64,000 bases of DNA from Lama glama. Its lineage: Eukaryota. Positions 1 to 11,785 of this stretch are shown one piece after another. The stretch covers positions 41,666,001 to 41,730,000 of the forward strand of contig CM052818.1 in the NCBI GenBank assembly GCA_028534125.1, written 5' to 3'. The position numbers were made by a program, and so were the translations under genes. The notes under the pieces are model-generated. The model did no database searches. It was not told where the DNA came from and was given only the letters and a program-made list of their open reading frames with translations. Each line of letters begins with the position of its first letter. Positions within the stretch are counted from its first letter, which is position 1.

Positions 1-289
1 ACAGAGCGACACGCAGTCCAAGCTCTTGAATTCTCTGAGGTGCACATCCTCAAAGGAGACAACGTTAACAAGAAGAGTGCCTGCTCATCTGGATAAAGCC
101 ACTCTGGAATTTCGGCTGGAAGGCCTTCAGCAGCAGCAAAGACTCCATTGAGGGAATTCAGTGTGGTCTTACTCTACAAACCCACCTGGATTTACATTGG
201 GGGTAGAAGGAAAGAATTTTCTCATTAATTGCTATGAAAAAGGGGCTTTATATAGGTGACCATGACCAAAGCTCACAGCGACCTTTCAA

Positions 290-415
290 AGCCCAGATGA
301 TTATTGTTATTTTGCAGCTAAGGATGTGAAACTTGGAGAGGTGACGTGGCTTACTAAGGCCACACTGGGCTGAAGGGGCCAGCATTTGAACTTACATCTT
401 TAGGACTCTTGACCA
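290..415 (-). mobile_element. MIR SINE fragment
   Basis: attttgcagctaaggatgtgaaacttggagaggtgacgtggcttactaaggccacac resembles the reverse complement of the MIR core. Confidence 0.6.
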
Positions 416-1984
416 CAGCCCCAACAATGGCAGAATCAAAAGAATCAAAGAGCTCATACTAAATCTTATTTTACTGCCCCAGACATTTTCATAGCAAAAA
501 TAGAAATTTTAAAATAAAAACTAGAACTACACAGAGCCCTACGACTTTATGAAACTACCTCTTTTTACTTTTCCATGCTTCCTTCATCCTGGGCAGAGGC
601 AGAACTGTCATTGTGCAGGTGGGGATTTCAGTGTAGATACACAAAGCATGTGCTGTATGCAGTAGCTCTTAGATCCACATGGTATATGACAGTATTGGGC
701 AGCATATAGTGGTTGAGATGACAAGTAGACTTTGGGGTTCTTTAACAAGGCAGAAATGATGTGCTGGTTATGCAGCATACAGATGTACAAAGAGTGTTAA
801 AAAAAAAAAAGAGGCAGTCCAGTGTGACCCGTCAGCTTGACAGTGGAGATCCTAGGAGCCTGAGTGCCATCCCATCCAACTGGCCACAGCATTTGAGTCT
901 GAGAGTCCCTGGGTTTGGGTACAGACAGGAGAGACACACAGAAGTGATGGAGCGCCTCTTCAAGCTAAACCCAACACAGTGAGTGACCTTTTGCTTTTAT
1001 TATACTAGTCACTTGTTTCTGCTGATCAATGTAATGCGTATCTGTTATTTAAAAAAACTTGAAGTTTATAGAAGTATTTATTTAGCAATTTAACAACTCA
1101 TAGCAACACCAAGCACAGTAGCTCTGGTTTTACATTAGTTCCTTGCAGTCTTTTTATAAGCATTTTACTTCGTTGATATTGTAGTACATATACATGTAAA
1201 AATCTCATTTTTCCAGTTAAAATTAGGATTTTTCAAATATCATTAAACTTATTCCAAAAACGTAACTTTGAAAAGCTGCATAAAATCCGTACTATGAAAG
1301 TAAATATAGTTTAGTTAAACATGTTAACCATGTTGGATATTTAGGCTGTTTCAGATTTTTTACTGTTAAAATGAATGCTGGCTTTCTGTCAAGATGGGGC
1401 TTTGAATTCCCAAACAAGCCACCTCATCCCAGCTTGCACTCCAGACACATGTTGTAGTAGACCAGAGATTTTTAAATATGTCAAAAGGCACTCATGCTTA
1501 AAGTAATACTATCAGCTCCATAAATGGGCCATAAATGGTAGAAATATATCACTGGAGAGCTGAAATATAATCTTATGGAGCTCCAGAACCAGAGACATAA
1601 AGAAATGGCCAAGAACTACTTGCATTCAGGGTAAGTGTGGAAGTCCAGGACAAGCATGACTACCAAGTAGTAGTGCACTGTCTAGCTCCTAGAGATGTCA
1701 TTCACACTATAGTATAAATAAATGATTACCATCTCCATTACCCCATCCAAGTAATTGTGCTAAGGAAGATTCTTTATGTGAAAAAAAACAGAGATGGAAT
1801 CCACTGCCAGGGACTAGGGAGTGTGAAGAGCTACAAACTCTGCCCCAAACTACAGCTAATAGTATATTGTTATCAAGGGATTTGGAGGGAGCAGAGATAT
1901 CTGCTTGACCAGGTCATTGGCCAAGCTGTCCATTGTTTCTGAAAAGTGATTTACAGTATCTTTGTGGAATGAGAATATTTGTTG

Positions 1985-3028
1985 AGCACAACACCCTTTC
2001 ATGATAAAAACCCTCAGTAAATCAGATATAAAAGGAACATACTTTAACATAATAGGGCCGTATATAACAGGCCCATAGCTAACAACATATTCAATGGTGA
2101 AATATTGAAAATTCTTCCTCTAAGATCAGGAATAAGACAAGGAAACTCTCACCATTCCTATTAAACATAAAAGTGGGAGTTCTAACCAGATCGGTTAGGC
2201 AAGAAAAAGAAAGAAAAGGCATTCAAGTTGGAAAGGAAGATGTAAAATTGTCCCTATTTGTAAATGACATGATCTTATATATAGAAAGCCCTAAAGACTC
2301 CACCAAAAATCTGTTAATTAATAAATGAATTCAGTAAAGTTTCAGGATACAAAATCAACATACAAAAATCAATTCCATTTCTATACCCTAATGAATAAAT
2401 ATCTTAAGAAATAAAGCCCAAACAATCCTGTTTGCAATAGCATTAAAACAATAAAATATTTAGAAATAAATTTAACCAACACTGGTTAAAGAACTGTACA
2501 CTGACTTTGAAGAAAGACATTGAAGATACAAATAAATATAAAGATATCTATGTTTGTGAATTGGAAAAATCAATCTTGTTTAAAATACCCAAAGCCATAA
2601 TCAGATTCAATACAATTCCTGACAAAATTCCAATGGCATTTTCATAGAAATAGAGAGAGCAATCCTAAAATTTGTATGGCACCACAAAAGACCCTGAATA
2701 GCCAAAGCAATTGTGGGAAAGATGAACAAACTTAGGGTTGTAAGATGAATAAATTCTGGGGATCTAAGGTGCTGCATGGTGATCACTGTATTGTTCTATA
2801 CTGTACGGTATTACACTGTATCGTATACTTCAAAGTTGCTAAGAGAGTAGCTCCTGAAAGTTCTCATCACCACTCAAAAAAAAATGGTAATTACAGGAGG
2901 TGATGTGTTAACTAATTTTATTGTGGTCATCATTTCAAAATATATATGTGTATTAAGTCCTCATGTTATACCTCTTAAACTTTCACAAATATGTTATGTC
3001 AATTATATCTCAATAAAGCTGGAAAAAA
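1985..3028 (+). mobile_element. L1 (L1MA9-like): decayed ORF2 RT fragment joined directly to the 3' UTR
   Basis: 1988-2730 encodes broken L1 RT motifs ([20 protein letters not shown], equivalent to the FADD motif). 2731-3028 is an L1MA-type 3' UTR ending caataaagctggaaaaaa. Confidence 0.9.
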
Positions 3029-3039
3029 GTGTTTTTTGA

Positions 3040-4690
3040 CAGTCAAAAAATTGGACAAATAAACTTGCCATGACATATCAGACAAAGGAGGAAAAAATGT
3101 ACACAAAAAACTTATAAAAATCAAAGTGTAAAAATGCAAACAGCTGAATAGAAAAATAAGCAAAGACATAAGTAGGTGAGTTAGAGAAGAAGAGAAATGT
3201 ATGACCAATAAAAATATAAAGATATATTCAAGTCCATTCTTAATCAGGGAAGTGCAAATCAAGACCACAATGGTGTATCAGTTTCCACTGTTCTGACTGA
3301 CAAAAACTGAGAAGTTAGATAATAAAATCAGTAGAGAGAATATGAAGCAATGGGCTCCCTCATACACTGCTAGTAATGACCACAATTTGGGGCTACCTTA
3401 TAAAGTTATCAAGTTTAACTGTTGCACATTTTATGGTTGTACAATGACATTCTTATACCATAGGAAAATGTTTACACATGTACAAAGAAAAACACATTCA
3501 TGCATGACTATATAAGGATGTTCATAGAAGCATTGTATATAACAGCAAAAAAAAAAAAGTAGAAACAAGCTACGTCAGTCATGGTCCACTCAAGACATAA
3601 AATCACATAGTACTTTGAACAGAAAACATTAAACATTAATAAAATGTTAACTCTCATAGGGGATTAGAATAAAAGGGAATTGGCTATAAGGGACAGAAAA
3701 CCAAAGAATATAAGAATGATAGGTATAAGGAACAACCGCCACCCCTAGAGCTGCATTAGAGCACTGAAGGAAGGAATATATCTAAAAAAGGGCCCCTTAC
3801 TCAAGGCTGAGACACAGGTTTCACTGGAGAGGAAACAGTATGGCTCACTGGGTGGTACAGAAGTCCACTAGGGTGTCATGCCAGTGGACCCAACAGAAAC
3901 CCACTCTTTGGGATGCAAGTGGAAATTGTCCACAGGGACATGTGGTGCCTCAGAACTCACTCAGTCTAAGTGGTACCACAAGGAGCCCCCCAGAGAGGTT
4001 CCACATGCTGCTGACCCCCGGGGGCTACTGGCTGCCATGCACTGTAAGAGCCTGGCACCAGAGAAGCCCATCCATGTGGCAGAAGCCCTCCAAGAGGAGC
4101 ACATGGAAACTGGAAAAGAAGCCCTGTGTCCCCCCCCACCCCAACCAGTGCCCACTACTGATAAAGATAAAATGTTTACAGGGCTCAACTCCATTGTCAC
4201 AGAACAGGCAATGAAGGGTGACTCTGGAGCTGAGAAGCAACAAATTGATGGCTGGCACACAACACAAATGTCATCAAGGAGAAATGAAGATATTCATATC
4301 ATGAAATACCAACACCATGAAAATGACACAATTACAACTCCATTCAAAAAAAAAAAAGAAGCAGCAGCAAAACCACACAGCTGCAACATAGGTAACTCCT
4401 AGTGGCATAACGTTGAGGATGGGGAGAGGAAAGCAGATAGAATTATGGAGGACTGCTAGGGTAGTTGTAAGTTAACGAAATTGGTCTGATTCCTGGCTTG
4501 AGTGGTGAACCATGGATGTTCAATATATCACTATACCATATCAATATCAATAAATAAATTGACGTTCACACATGATGTTGAGGCTACATTGTTAATGACA
4601 GATTATGATGAATACAACTCAAGTCACGTACATGAGGTGCCAAAACTATTTTAAAAGATAAAAATTAAATTAAAAATATAATGAAAAAGA
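3040..4690 (+). mobile_element. Old L1M (L1ME-like) ORF2 end and 3' region, split by an LTR at 3571-4259
   Basis: taatcagggaagtgcaaatcaagaccacaatg; ggatgttcatagaagcattgt; agaaacaa...[LTR]...caacacaaatgtcatcaaggagaaatg continues the L1 consensus across the insert. Confidence 0.75.
3571..4259 (-). mobile_element. ERVL solo LTR, LTR41-like
   Basis: Minus strand begins tgtgccagccatcaatttgttgcttctcagctccagagtcacccttcattgcctgttctgtgacaatggagttgagccctgtaaacatttt, matching the recalled LTR41 5' end. Confidence 0.7.
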
Positions 4691-5046
4691 CTGAGAAGTT
4701 TCACATTATTACATTACTCAGTACCCTGTCTTTTAATTCGTCACATAACTGCAAAGAAAGAATTAAAAAAAAAAGATGCCTTAATTTCTCTAGTATTTCC
4801 TGATGTGTACTTCTTAATCTGGGTCAAAGGATCAATTTGTTTGTTCATTTGTTTTTCCGAGTCCATAGTGTGCTGATACTTTTGTATCTTTTTTTTTTTT
4901 CCCAAGGCAATGAGTACATTGATCATGGACGTGGTTGTAGGAGCAGTGTCAAGTTGCTAGAAGTTTCTAAATGCTTTTCTCTGGTTCTGTACTCATCTAG
5001 TGGGGACCAGTAACCACAAGTTCCCAATCTGGCACCAGCCCTGTCC

Positions 5047-5430
5047 CTAGTGGTTAAAAGCATGTGCCTCAGCATCAGATAGGCTCAGGTTTGACTCCAG
5101 CTCCATCACTTACTGCCTGCATAGATATGCAAATTATTTTAACTCTCTGAACTCAGTTTCTTCGTCTGTAAAATGAGAATTAAAAACATTTAAGAGAACT
5201 TTTGTGGGGTAGGGCTGAGACTAGGGTGAGGCAAGCACTCTCTCAGGGTCAGACCAGTGCCAAGTCAGTGGTAGAAGGAAAGCTTCCCCAAATTCTGCAT
5301 CCTGGGTGCCTCTCTTGCCTTACCCTAGTCCCAGCTCTGTTGCAGGGATTAAATGAAATAAGGTAAAGTTCAAGTGTTTAAACATTGCCTGGCACATAGT
5401 AAGATCTTAGGTAACGATATAATCATGATT
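5047..5430 (+). mobile_element. Near full-length MIR interrupted by a MITE
   Basis: tagtggttaaaagc...ctcagtttcttcgtctgtaaaatg...[insert]...ggattaaatgaaataag...tgcctggcacatagtaag. Confidence 0.85.
5210..5339. mobile_element. hAT MITE, MER96-like
   Basis: 26-bp terminal inverted repeats matching 22/26 (tagggctgagactagggtgaggcaag / cttgccttaccctagtcccagctctg), and a decayed 8-bp TSD ttgtgggg / ttgcaggg. Confidence 0.8.
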
Positions 5431-5597
5431 CTGACTTACTTTTACTGTTGCTTATTATATTTTTGTTACTTATTGTTATGATCAATCTGACAATCTCTTA
5501 ACTCTTCATTTCTGTTCATTACACTGCAAATATAATGAAAATCCCTTTGGAGAGAAAATGTTCATGTGAAAATGCGATGGATTCAACTTAGCTATTC

Positions 5598-5900
5598 CCT
5601 CATCCATTTATTCATTTGGCAACATTTTATAGAGTGCCTGTGATATGCCAGAATTATGTTGTTTACTGGAGATAGAGAATAAATAAGGCACAGTCTGTGT
5701 TCTCAAAGAGCTCACAGCCGGCGGTCAAGGAGGAGGACAAATTCAGGTAATGATAGCAATATGGCAACTGCCGTAACAGAGGATAAGTGGGGTCTAGGGT
5801 ATCCCAGGGGAGAAGTCACCTATGTTTGGCAAGATCAAAGAAATCTTCCAGATGGCAGTGGTAGTGGATCCAAGCCATAAAAAGTGAATGGTACTTTAGA
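5598..5900 (-). mobile_element. L2 3' end
   Basis: catccatttattcatttggcaacattttatagagtgcctgtgatatgccag...ctcaaagagctcacag. Confidence 0.75.
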
Positions 5901-6029
5901 AGCCTTCCAAAATATAAAGGGTTCTCCCCCTCCACCCCATTGTATTCTTCCATACAGTGAAAATGCATAACACATAGAGAAAAATCACACTTCTCTGAGA
6001 TGAAAAAGACCACAGAGATCATCAGGTGC

Positions 6030-6240
6030 CAAAGGTAATCAAGCAGAGGAAGTACTGCCCTCTAGGGGGCAATCCAACAGCACAGAGTTATTTTTAGCTG
6101 CCATAATACCTGAGGTGGGTAGCATTTTCTGGGCAGGGAGCTGGAGATAGTAAACATCCTGCAACCCACAGACAAGTCCAGCACACAGAGGAATTGCTTT
6201 TACAAAAGGACAACGATGCTCCCTTTAAGAAGTACTGAAG
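6030..6240 (+). mobile_element. Diverged MER20-family hAT-Charlie element
   Basis: ctgccctctagggggc...gggcagggagctggagatagtaaacatcctgcaacccacagacaagtcc...gaggaattg parallels the MER20 consensus. Confidence 0.55.
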
Positions 6241-7144
6241 ACAACTCACTATGTATAGATACATATGAGGTCAAGAAAAGAGGAGACAAAAATGCCAAAG
6301 ATTTTGGGGAGTTATGTGCACATGATCTTGACCCAGGCCTTCCCAAACATGAGCTCAGTCTTCTTTGTTTTTCAATTTTTTAATTTTTTTTTTATTTTGA
6401 AGTCTCCTCTCATCTGTGAATCACAAGCATTCCCTGAGGCAACATCAAGTGGACTATGCAAACTGGACCATGGCCCTTTCTCCTCCATAAACATTGCCCT
6501 CCTTGTCACAATGCTGCCAAGTGGACATCCCAAACCATGTTGACCAGAAGGTTTAAATTGTAACTTACACAAATCATCTGTGGTTTGTCAGCTAAGTGTC
6601 CCTGATCTTTCCCTTTTCCCACAGTCTTTCTAATGCTTGAAGAAATACCTTTTCTTTTCTATCAATATTCTTTTAATAAATATCCATTCCTCCTCAAAGA
6701 TCCATACATGTGATGATGTGTGTGTCTAAACTGAAAGTTTCTTTTAATGTTATTTTCTTTTACTGATATGCATGCATTTAATCACCTATTAAACCAAGAG
6801 GAATTGTTTTTTGCAGCTGTTTCTGACAGGTTGTACTTCCTAAAATGTCAGTTTTCAACTCACCATGAAATTTCATTTGACTGAGGAATTTTTCTTACGC
6901 TGAAGTATGATCAGAGAAAAAACATTGACCTAGAAAATATAAAAACTTTAATTGGCAGTATTAAATAATATTTCTCATAGTTATCTACAAATTAATCATG
7001 ACCTTCAGAACCTTGAAAATTTTTCCTGCAAAAATTCTGTATTATAAAAGCTAACTCCTGATAGAAAATTCAGTGTGCTCAATATGATTTGTGTTTTATT
7101 TCATAAATAAATGAATAAATTAATTAATTCTTAAAATTTTCTAT

Positions 7145-7667
7145 TATAACAGGGAAGAACAAGTCTGACTCCCTATTCGATCTGTTCCTTTGGCTTTAAC
7201 CCTGGGCTCTGTGTCCTGTGCTTAGTCATGCTGGTTCTGCACCTTTTGTAAAAGAATGTTGCCTGGAGCCTGAAATATACAGGAGAGCCTATTCTCAAGG
7301 CTCTGACCTTTAAGGGTATAATATTTTTCTATTCTATTCATATGGAGATTAAAAAGTTGCAGTACAGAGAATAGCGTTTGTTTTTTGGAGGTTTACAGGA
7401 ACATGATGACCTGACCTATGTGGACAGCTGCAAGAACAAAGGATTCCAACACCAAGAAATTTACACCAACCAACCGCACTGATTCCTTTTTGGTATAAAA
7501 GGAGCCTAAATTCTGACGTGGGTAAGACGGTTCTCTGGGACATTAGCACCCCATCTTCTCCATCTGCTGGCTTTCCAAATAAAGTCATTATTCCTTACCC
7601 CAGCACCTTGTCTCCAGATTTATTGGCCTGTCATGCAGTGAACAGAACAAGTTTGGATTTGGTAACA
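7145..7667 (+). mobile_element. ERV1 solo LTR (MER41-like, artiodactyl type)
   Basis: Termini tataac...ggtaaca; TATAAAA at 7494-7500; AATAAA at 7578-7583; flanks ctat/ctac. A second, inverted copy lies at 34757-35236. Confidence 0.85.
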
Positions 7668-8779
7668 CTACCATAAGGTAGACCTGTAAATTTTTAACAA
7701 CATACACTGAAATGTTTATGTATTTTACCACTTTGCTATATATCTTTGGATGGCAAACACTGGTGTGTATAATGGTTAGCATCAAGTCAGCAGGCACAGA
7801 GATGTTATTGTGTGCTTTAGATTGAATTCCAAATACTCAGTTTAGTCAATGCAGCAAGATCACGTCTGACATCATTGGAAAATGAGAAGCCAAGGTAACT
7901 AAGGACTGAAACATACAACTTGGGCAGGTGGTAATTGCTCTGGCTCTGACTCTCTTTGTAGTTTATCACAAATGTTTTTCCAAACTATAGTATTATAGAA
8001 CTACAAAAGACTCAACTTCCTTCCAGCTGGGAAAATTTGTTTTTCAGAGCTGGAAGGGACCATAGAGGTTTTCAAAATAATTCTCCTATATGGATTGAGA
8101 AGTAGAGACTTGTACAAACTCACATGATGACATAATACGGAAGCCAGAATTGAAAGTCAAATTGGTCTCATAGACCTGTATAATCAGCATTAGAAAGTTT
8201 CTCAGGTCACTTGGTAACCACCCTGTTCCCCATCCCTAAATAGCCTCTATTTTCTGATTCCAAGTCCAAGGCTGTATCAATGTTCCATGACTTTGCAGCA
8301 GTCACACTGATGATGGTCCCATATATAGATTTAAAAGTCTTAAAATTCATTTTCCTTTACTGAAATGCACAAATTAATGTCTTTATTTATTATGCCAGGA
8401 AGAAACAAGAGATTCTCTGAGCAAGCAAAAATTTTCATTAAATTCACACTCATTACTTATCGGAGACACTCCAGTCTCCCACGTGCAACCTATTGATACC
8501 ATCAATATGAAAACTTTATACACACAAGATCCTCCAAGGAGAAGCAGAAGGTTAAAAGCAAGAGTTGCCATGAGGGCTGAGACAGGAATATGATCATAAG
8601 GACTGAGATAGGAAAACTAAAAGGGCAGAAATAAATTTAAGAAGTTTAACTATGACCATTTAGTAGTAGAGGTACTCCCAGGCAACATGTTTTCAAAGTG
8701 GGGGAAAAAAGGTCTCCACTATCTGAGCCTTGAATTATGCCACTCGGGATTATTTTCAGTGAGTTCATCTCCATTTTCC

Positions 8780-11240
8780 TGATCCTACCTAGAAAAGGAT
8801 GTTTTGCCCAGTGGAGACTCAAATCATCAAAAAGAAATATTTAAAAAGTAATGGAGGTACATTTCCCAGAATTAGAAGAAGAGTGAAAGACTTCAGATTG
8901 AAAGAGGAGAGATGAGGGGTGGGAATTATATCTGGATATATCATAATGAGATTCAAAGAGAAAATTCTAAATCTTCCAAAGGAAAAGTACAGATTATATA
9001 TAAAGAACAAGAATTAGACAACATTTGATTTTCCAACAGTAACACTGATGCAAGAAGATAATAAAATAATAATACTGAGTATTAAAGAAAAAGAGTTTAT
9101 CCAGAGTTTTGAAATTTAGACAATATCAATTTGGTGGGTATGGATGGAGAGCTAAGGAATGTGAGCAGCTGCTAAGTTCTTACCTTATGTAAGTTGATAT
9201 GGTATCAGCTTTTCAAAATATAATAAAGGATTTTTTAGTCATAAATAGTGGGACATGCTGAAATAATCTACTAAAATGAAAGAAACTAGCTCATCCATAT
9301 GCATAATTTAAGCAAAAATAAGTGGATGAAATTCATCCATGAAAAGATATAATTAGGTGGATTAGGTTTTATTAATCCCTGTATATGCTGTTTACAAAAG
9401 ATACATCTAAAATATAAGGTTGAAAATAAAATGACATGGAAAATATAAGACAAATGTTAACTAAGAGAAAGATGGTTTCGCTACATTAATAAGGTAAAAG
9501 AGAGAGAGGGTCACATGATAAAAATGTGAGTTAATTTAGAAATCATAGCAACTTAAAATTTTTTTGAACCTAATAAAGCCACAACATATGTGAAGCAAAA
9601 TATATTAAGATAAGTGGAAAAATTCCCCATTGTATTTGGAGATTTTAACATATCCTTCTTGATTATTGATAATACAAGCAGGAAAAAAAATTGCAAAGAA
9701 TATAAAAGATCTGAAAAACTTAGTTAAGAATCTTGACTAATGAGCAAACTTAGAGTTCTTCCAATTAGTGAATAGACATTTTTTTCAACTATACATAGGT
9801 CATTTAGAAAAATTGATCAGGTATTAGGCAGAAATGAAGCCTTGATAAATTAAATTTCAAAAAAGTTATACAGGCCATGACCTCTGAGCACAAAATAATT
9901 AAGGTATGTTTAAAAATGTTTTAAAAATTCATTTGGAAATTTTAATATGAATGCTAAAACACCTGCATGTTAAGAAGAAATTATAATTAATATTTTTAAA
10001 TACTTAGAACTCCATTATAAGGAAAACAAAATACATCAAAGCTTGTGTGAGATACAGTAACTTATATTTTCTAATATAAGGCATAAATAATATCAGAAAG
10101 AAAGCCTCAAAACTAAGGTGCTAAGTGTTTATCTTAAGAAATGAGAAAAACAAAATAAAACCATAGAAAGCAAAAGAAAGAGCAAATTCATTTAAGAGCA
10201 GAAATCAACAAAATAAAATACAAAGATAAAACAGGAAAGATTGATAAAGCCAAAAGTTGGGGAAAAAAACAAAATAAGCAAACCTCTGTCAAGATTGATC
10301 AAGTAAAGGTACAAATTAAATAATAAATAAAAAATGGGACAAAATTTGGGGCATAAACACAGATAAATAAGAAATTAGAAAGAAGGAGAAAATACTATAA
10401 TAACTATTTGTCTGTAACTTTGAAAACTTAGGTGAAATAAATACTTAGAAACATATAAATTATCAGAACTACATTTAAAAAATAATATGAATAGTCTTAT
10501 AACTATTAAATTAATGATGCAGCAATTAAATTTTTCCCAGAAGAAAACAGCAGTCCCAGATGTTTTATAGGAAAGCACTATCTTTCAAGGAATATATTGT
10601 TTCTTTTAGATAGCATAAAAGGAGAGCCTATGCCCTAAATGACCTTATTTATTCTCTGAAGACAGTATAACCCTAATACAAAATCAACATGCTAGAAGAT
10701 AAGAGTATTACAGGACCATGTCATTCATAAGCTTAAAATCAAAACTGCTAAACAAAATATTGCCAAATATAATTATCAGATGCAACTAAGTTGAGTTTTT
10801 CCCAGGCATGCAAGGATGGTTTAATATTAGAAAATCTACAAATGTAATTCATCACATTCAACTGATTAAAACTGAACAAAAGGGAAAAGCTCTATATGAA
10901 CATTTTCATGGGTGCAGAAAAACATCTGGTAACATTCAACATTCATTCATGATGAGACTCTTAGTAAATTAAGAATAGAAGGAAATTTTCTTAACTCAGT
11001 AAACAATGTCTATTAAAAATTTAAAATAGACATCACTCTAAGTGGGAAATTGTTAGAAGCATTCTCTTTAAAGTTAAGAATGAGAGAAACATTATTCTGT
11101 TACCATATCTAGGCAACCCTGAATTGAAGAGTTTAGTAAGACAAGGAAGCAAGGAAAGAAGGAAGGAAGGAAGGAAGGAAGGAAGAAAGGAAGAAAGAAA
11201 GGAAGAAAGGAAGAAAGGAAGAAAGGAAGAAAGGAAGAAA

Positions 11241-11285
<45 letters not shown>

Positions 11286-11785
11286 GAAGGAAGAAAAAGG
11301 AAGGAAGGACGGAAGGAAGGAAGGAAGGAAGGAAAGATAAAGGAAAATTTAGAAAGCTGGAAATAGAACTATCTCCTACCAATAAGTGATTAGAAACAAA
11401 GAGTGCAAAAGGTGATGCATACAAAATCATTATAAAAATTTCAACTGCTATTCTAAGCACGAGCTGAAACATATTGAGAAAACAATTAAAGAGAAGACAT
11501 TACGTAAGCTACAAATGTCAAAAGAAGTTCTAGACCTCTATAAAGAAATTTTTAAACATTTACAGAGAGATATTAAAAGAAACATACATAAATGGATATA
11601 TTCATGAGTAGACAGTTTTAACACTGGCAGTCATCCCCAGTCAATCCACGTCAATCAGAATCACGACTGGAATGTTTTTAAATGAATTTTGATCAGCTGA
11701 TACCTATGAAAGAGTTAAAGGCTTAAAAGTAGTCAGGATACTTCTAAAAAAGAATAAGGATAAGGAACTTGCTTTACCAAATAGC
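8780..11785 (+). mobile_element. Long decayed L1M fragment (ORF1 remnant, then ORF2 endonuclease/RT region)
   Basis: A-rich plus strand with L1 hallmarks: atatgctgtttacaaaagatacatct, ggagattttaacatatcc, cccaggcatgcaaggatggtttaatattagaaaatc, aacattcaacattcattcatgat. Confidence 0.85.
11143..11336 (+). repeat. Compound polypurine microsatellite (GAAG)n(GGAAGAAA)n(GAAA)n(GAAG)n
   Basis: Directly visible; almost purely purine on the plus strand. Confidence 0.98.

Noticed and set aside
3878..4402. 174-aa plus-strand ORF
   Set aside because: Lies antisense within an LTR41-like element and runs into L1 sequence; no recognisable domain.
11092..11472. FLPS-rich and ERKK-rich ORFs (also 60238-60777)
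   Set aside because: Translations of stop-free microsatellites.
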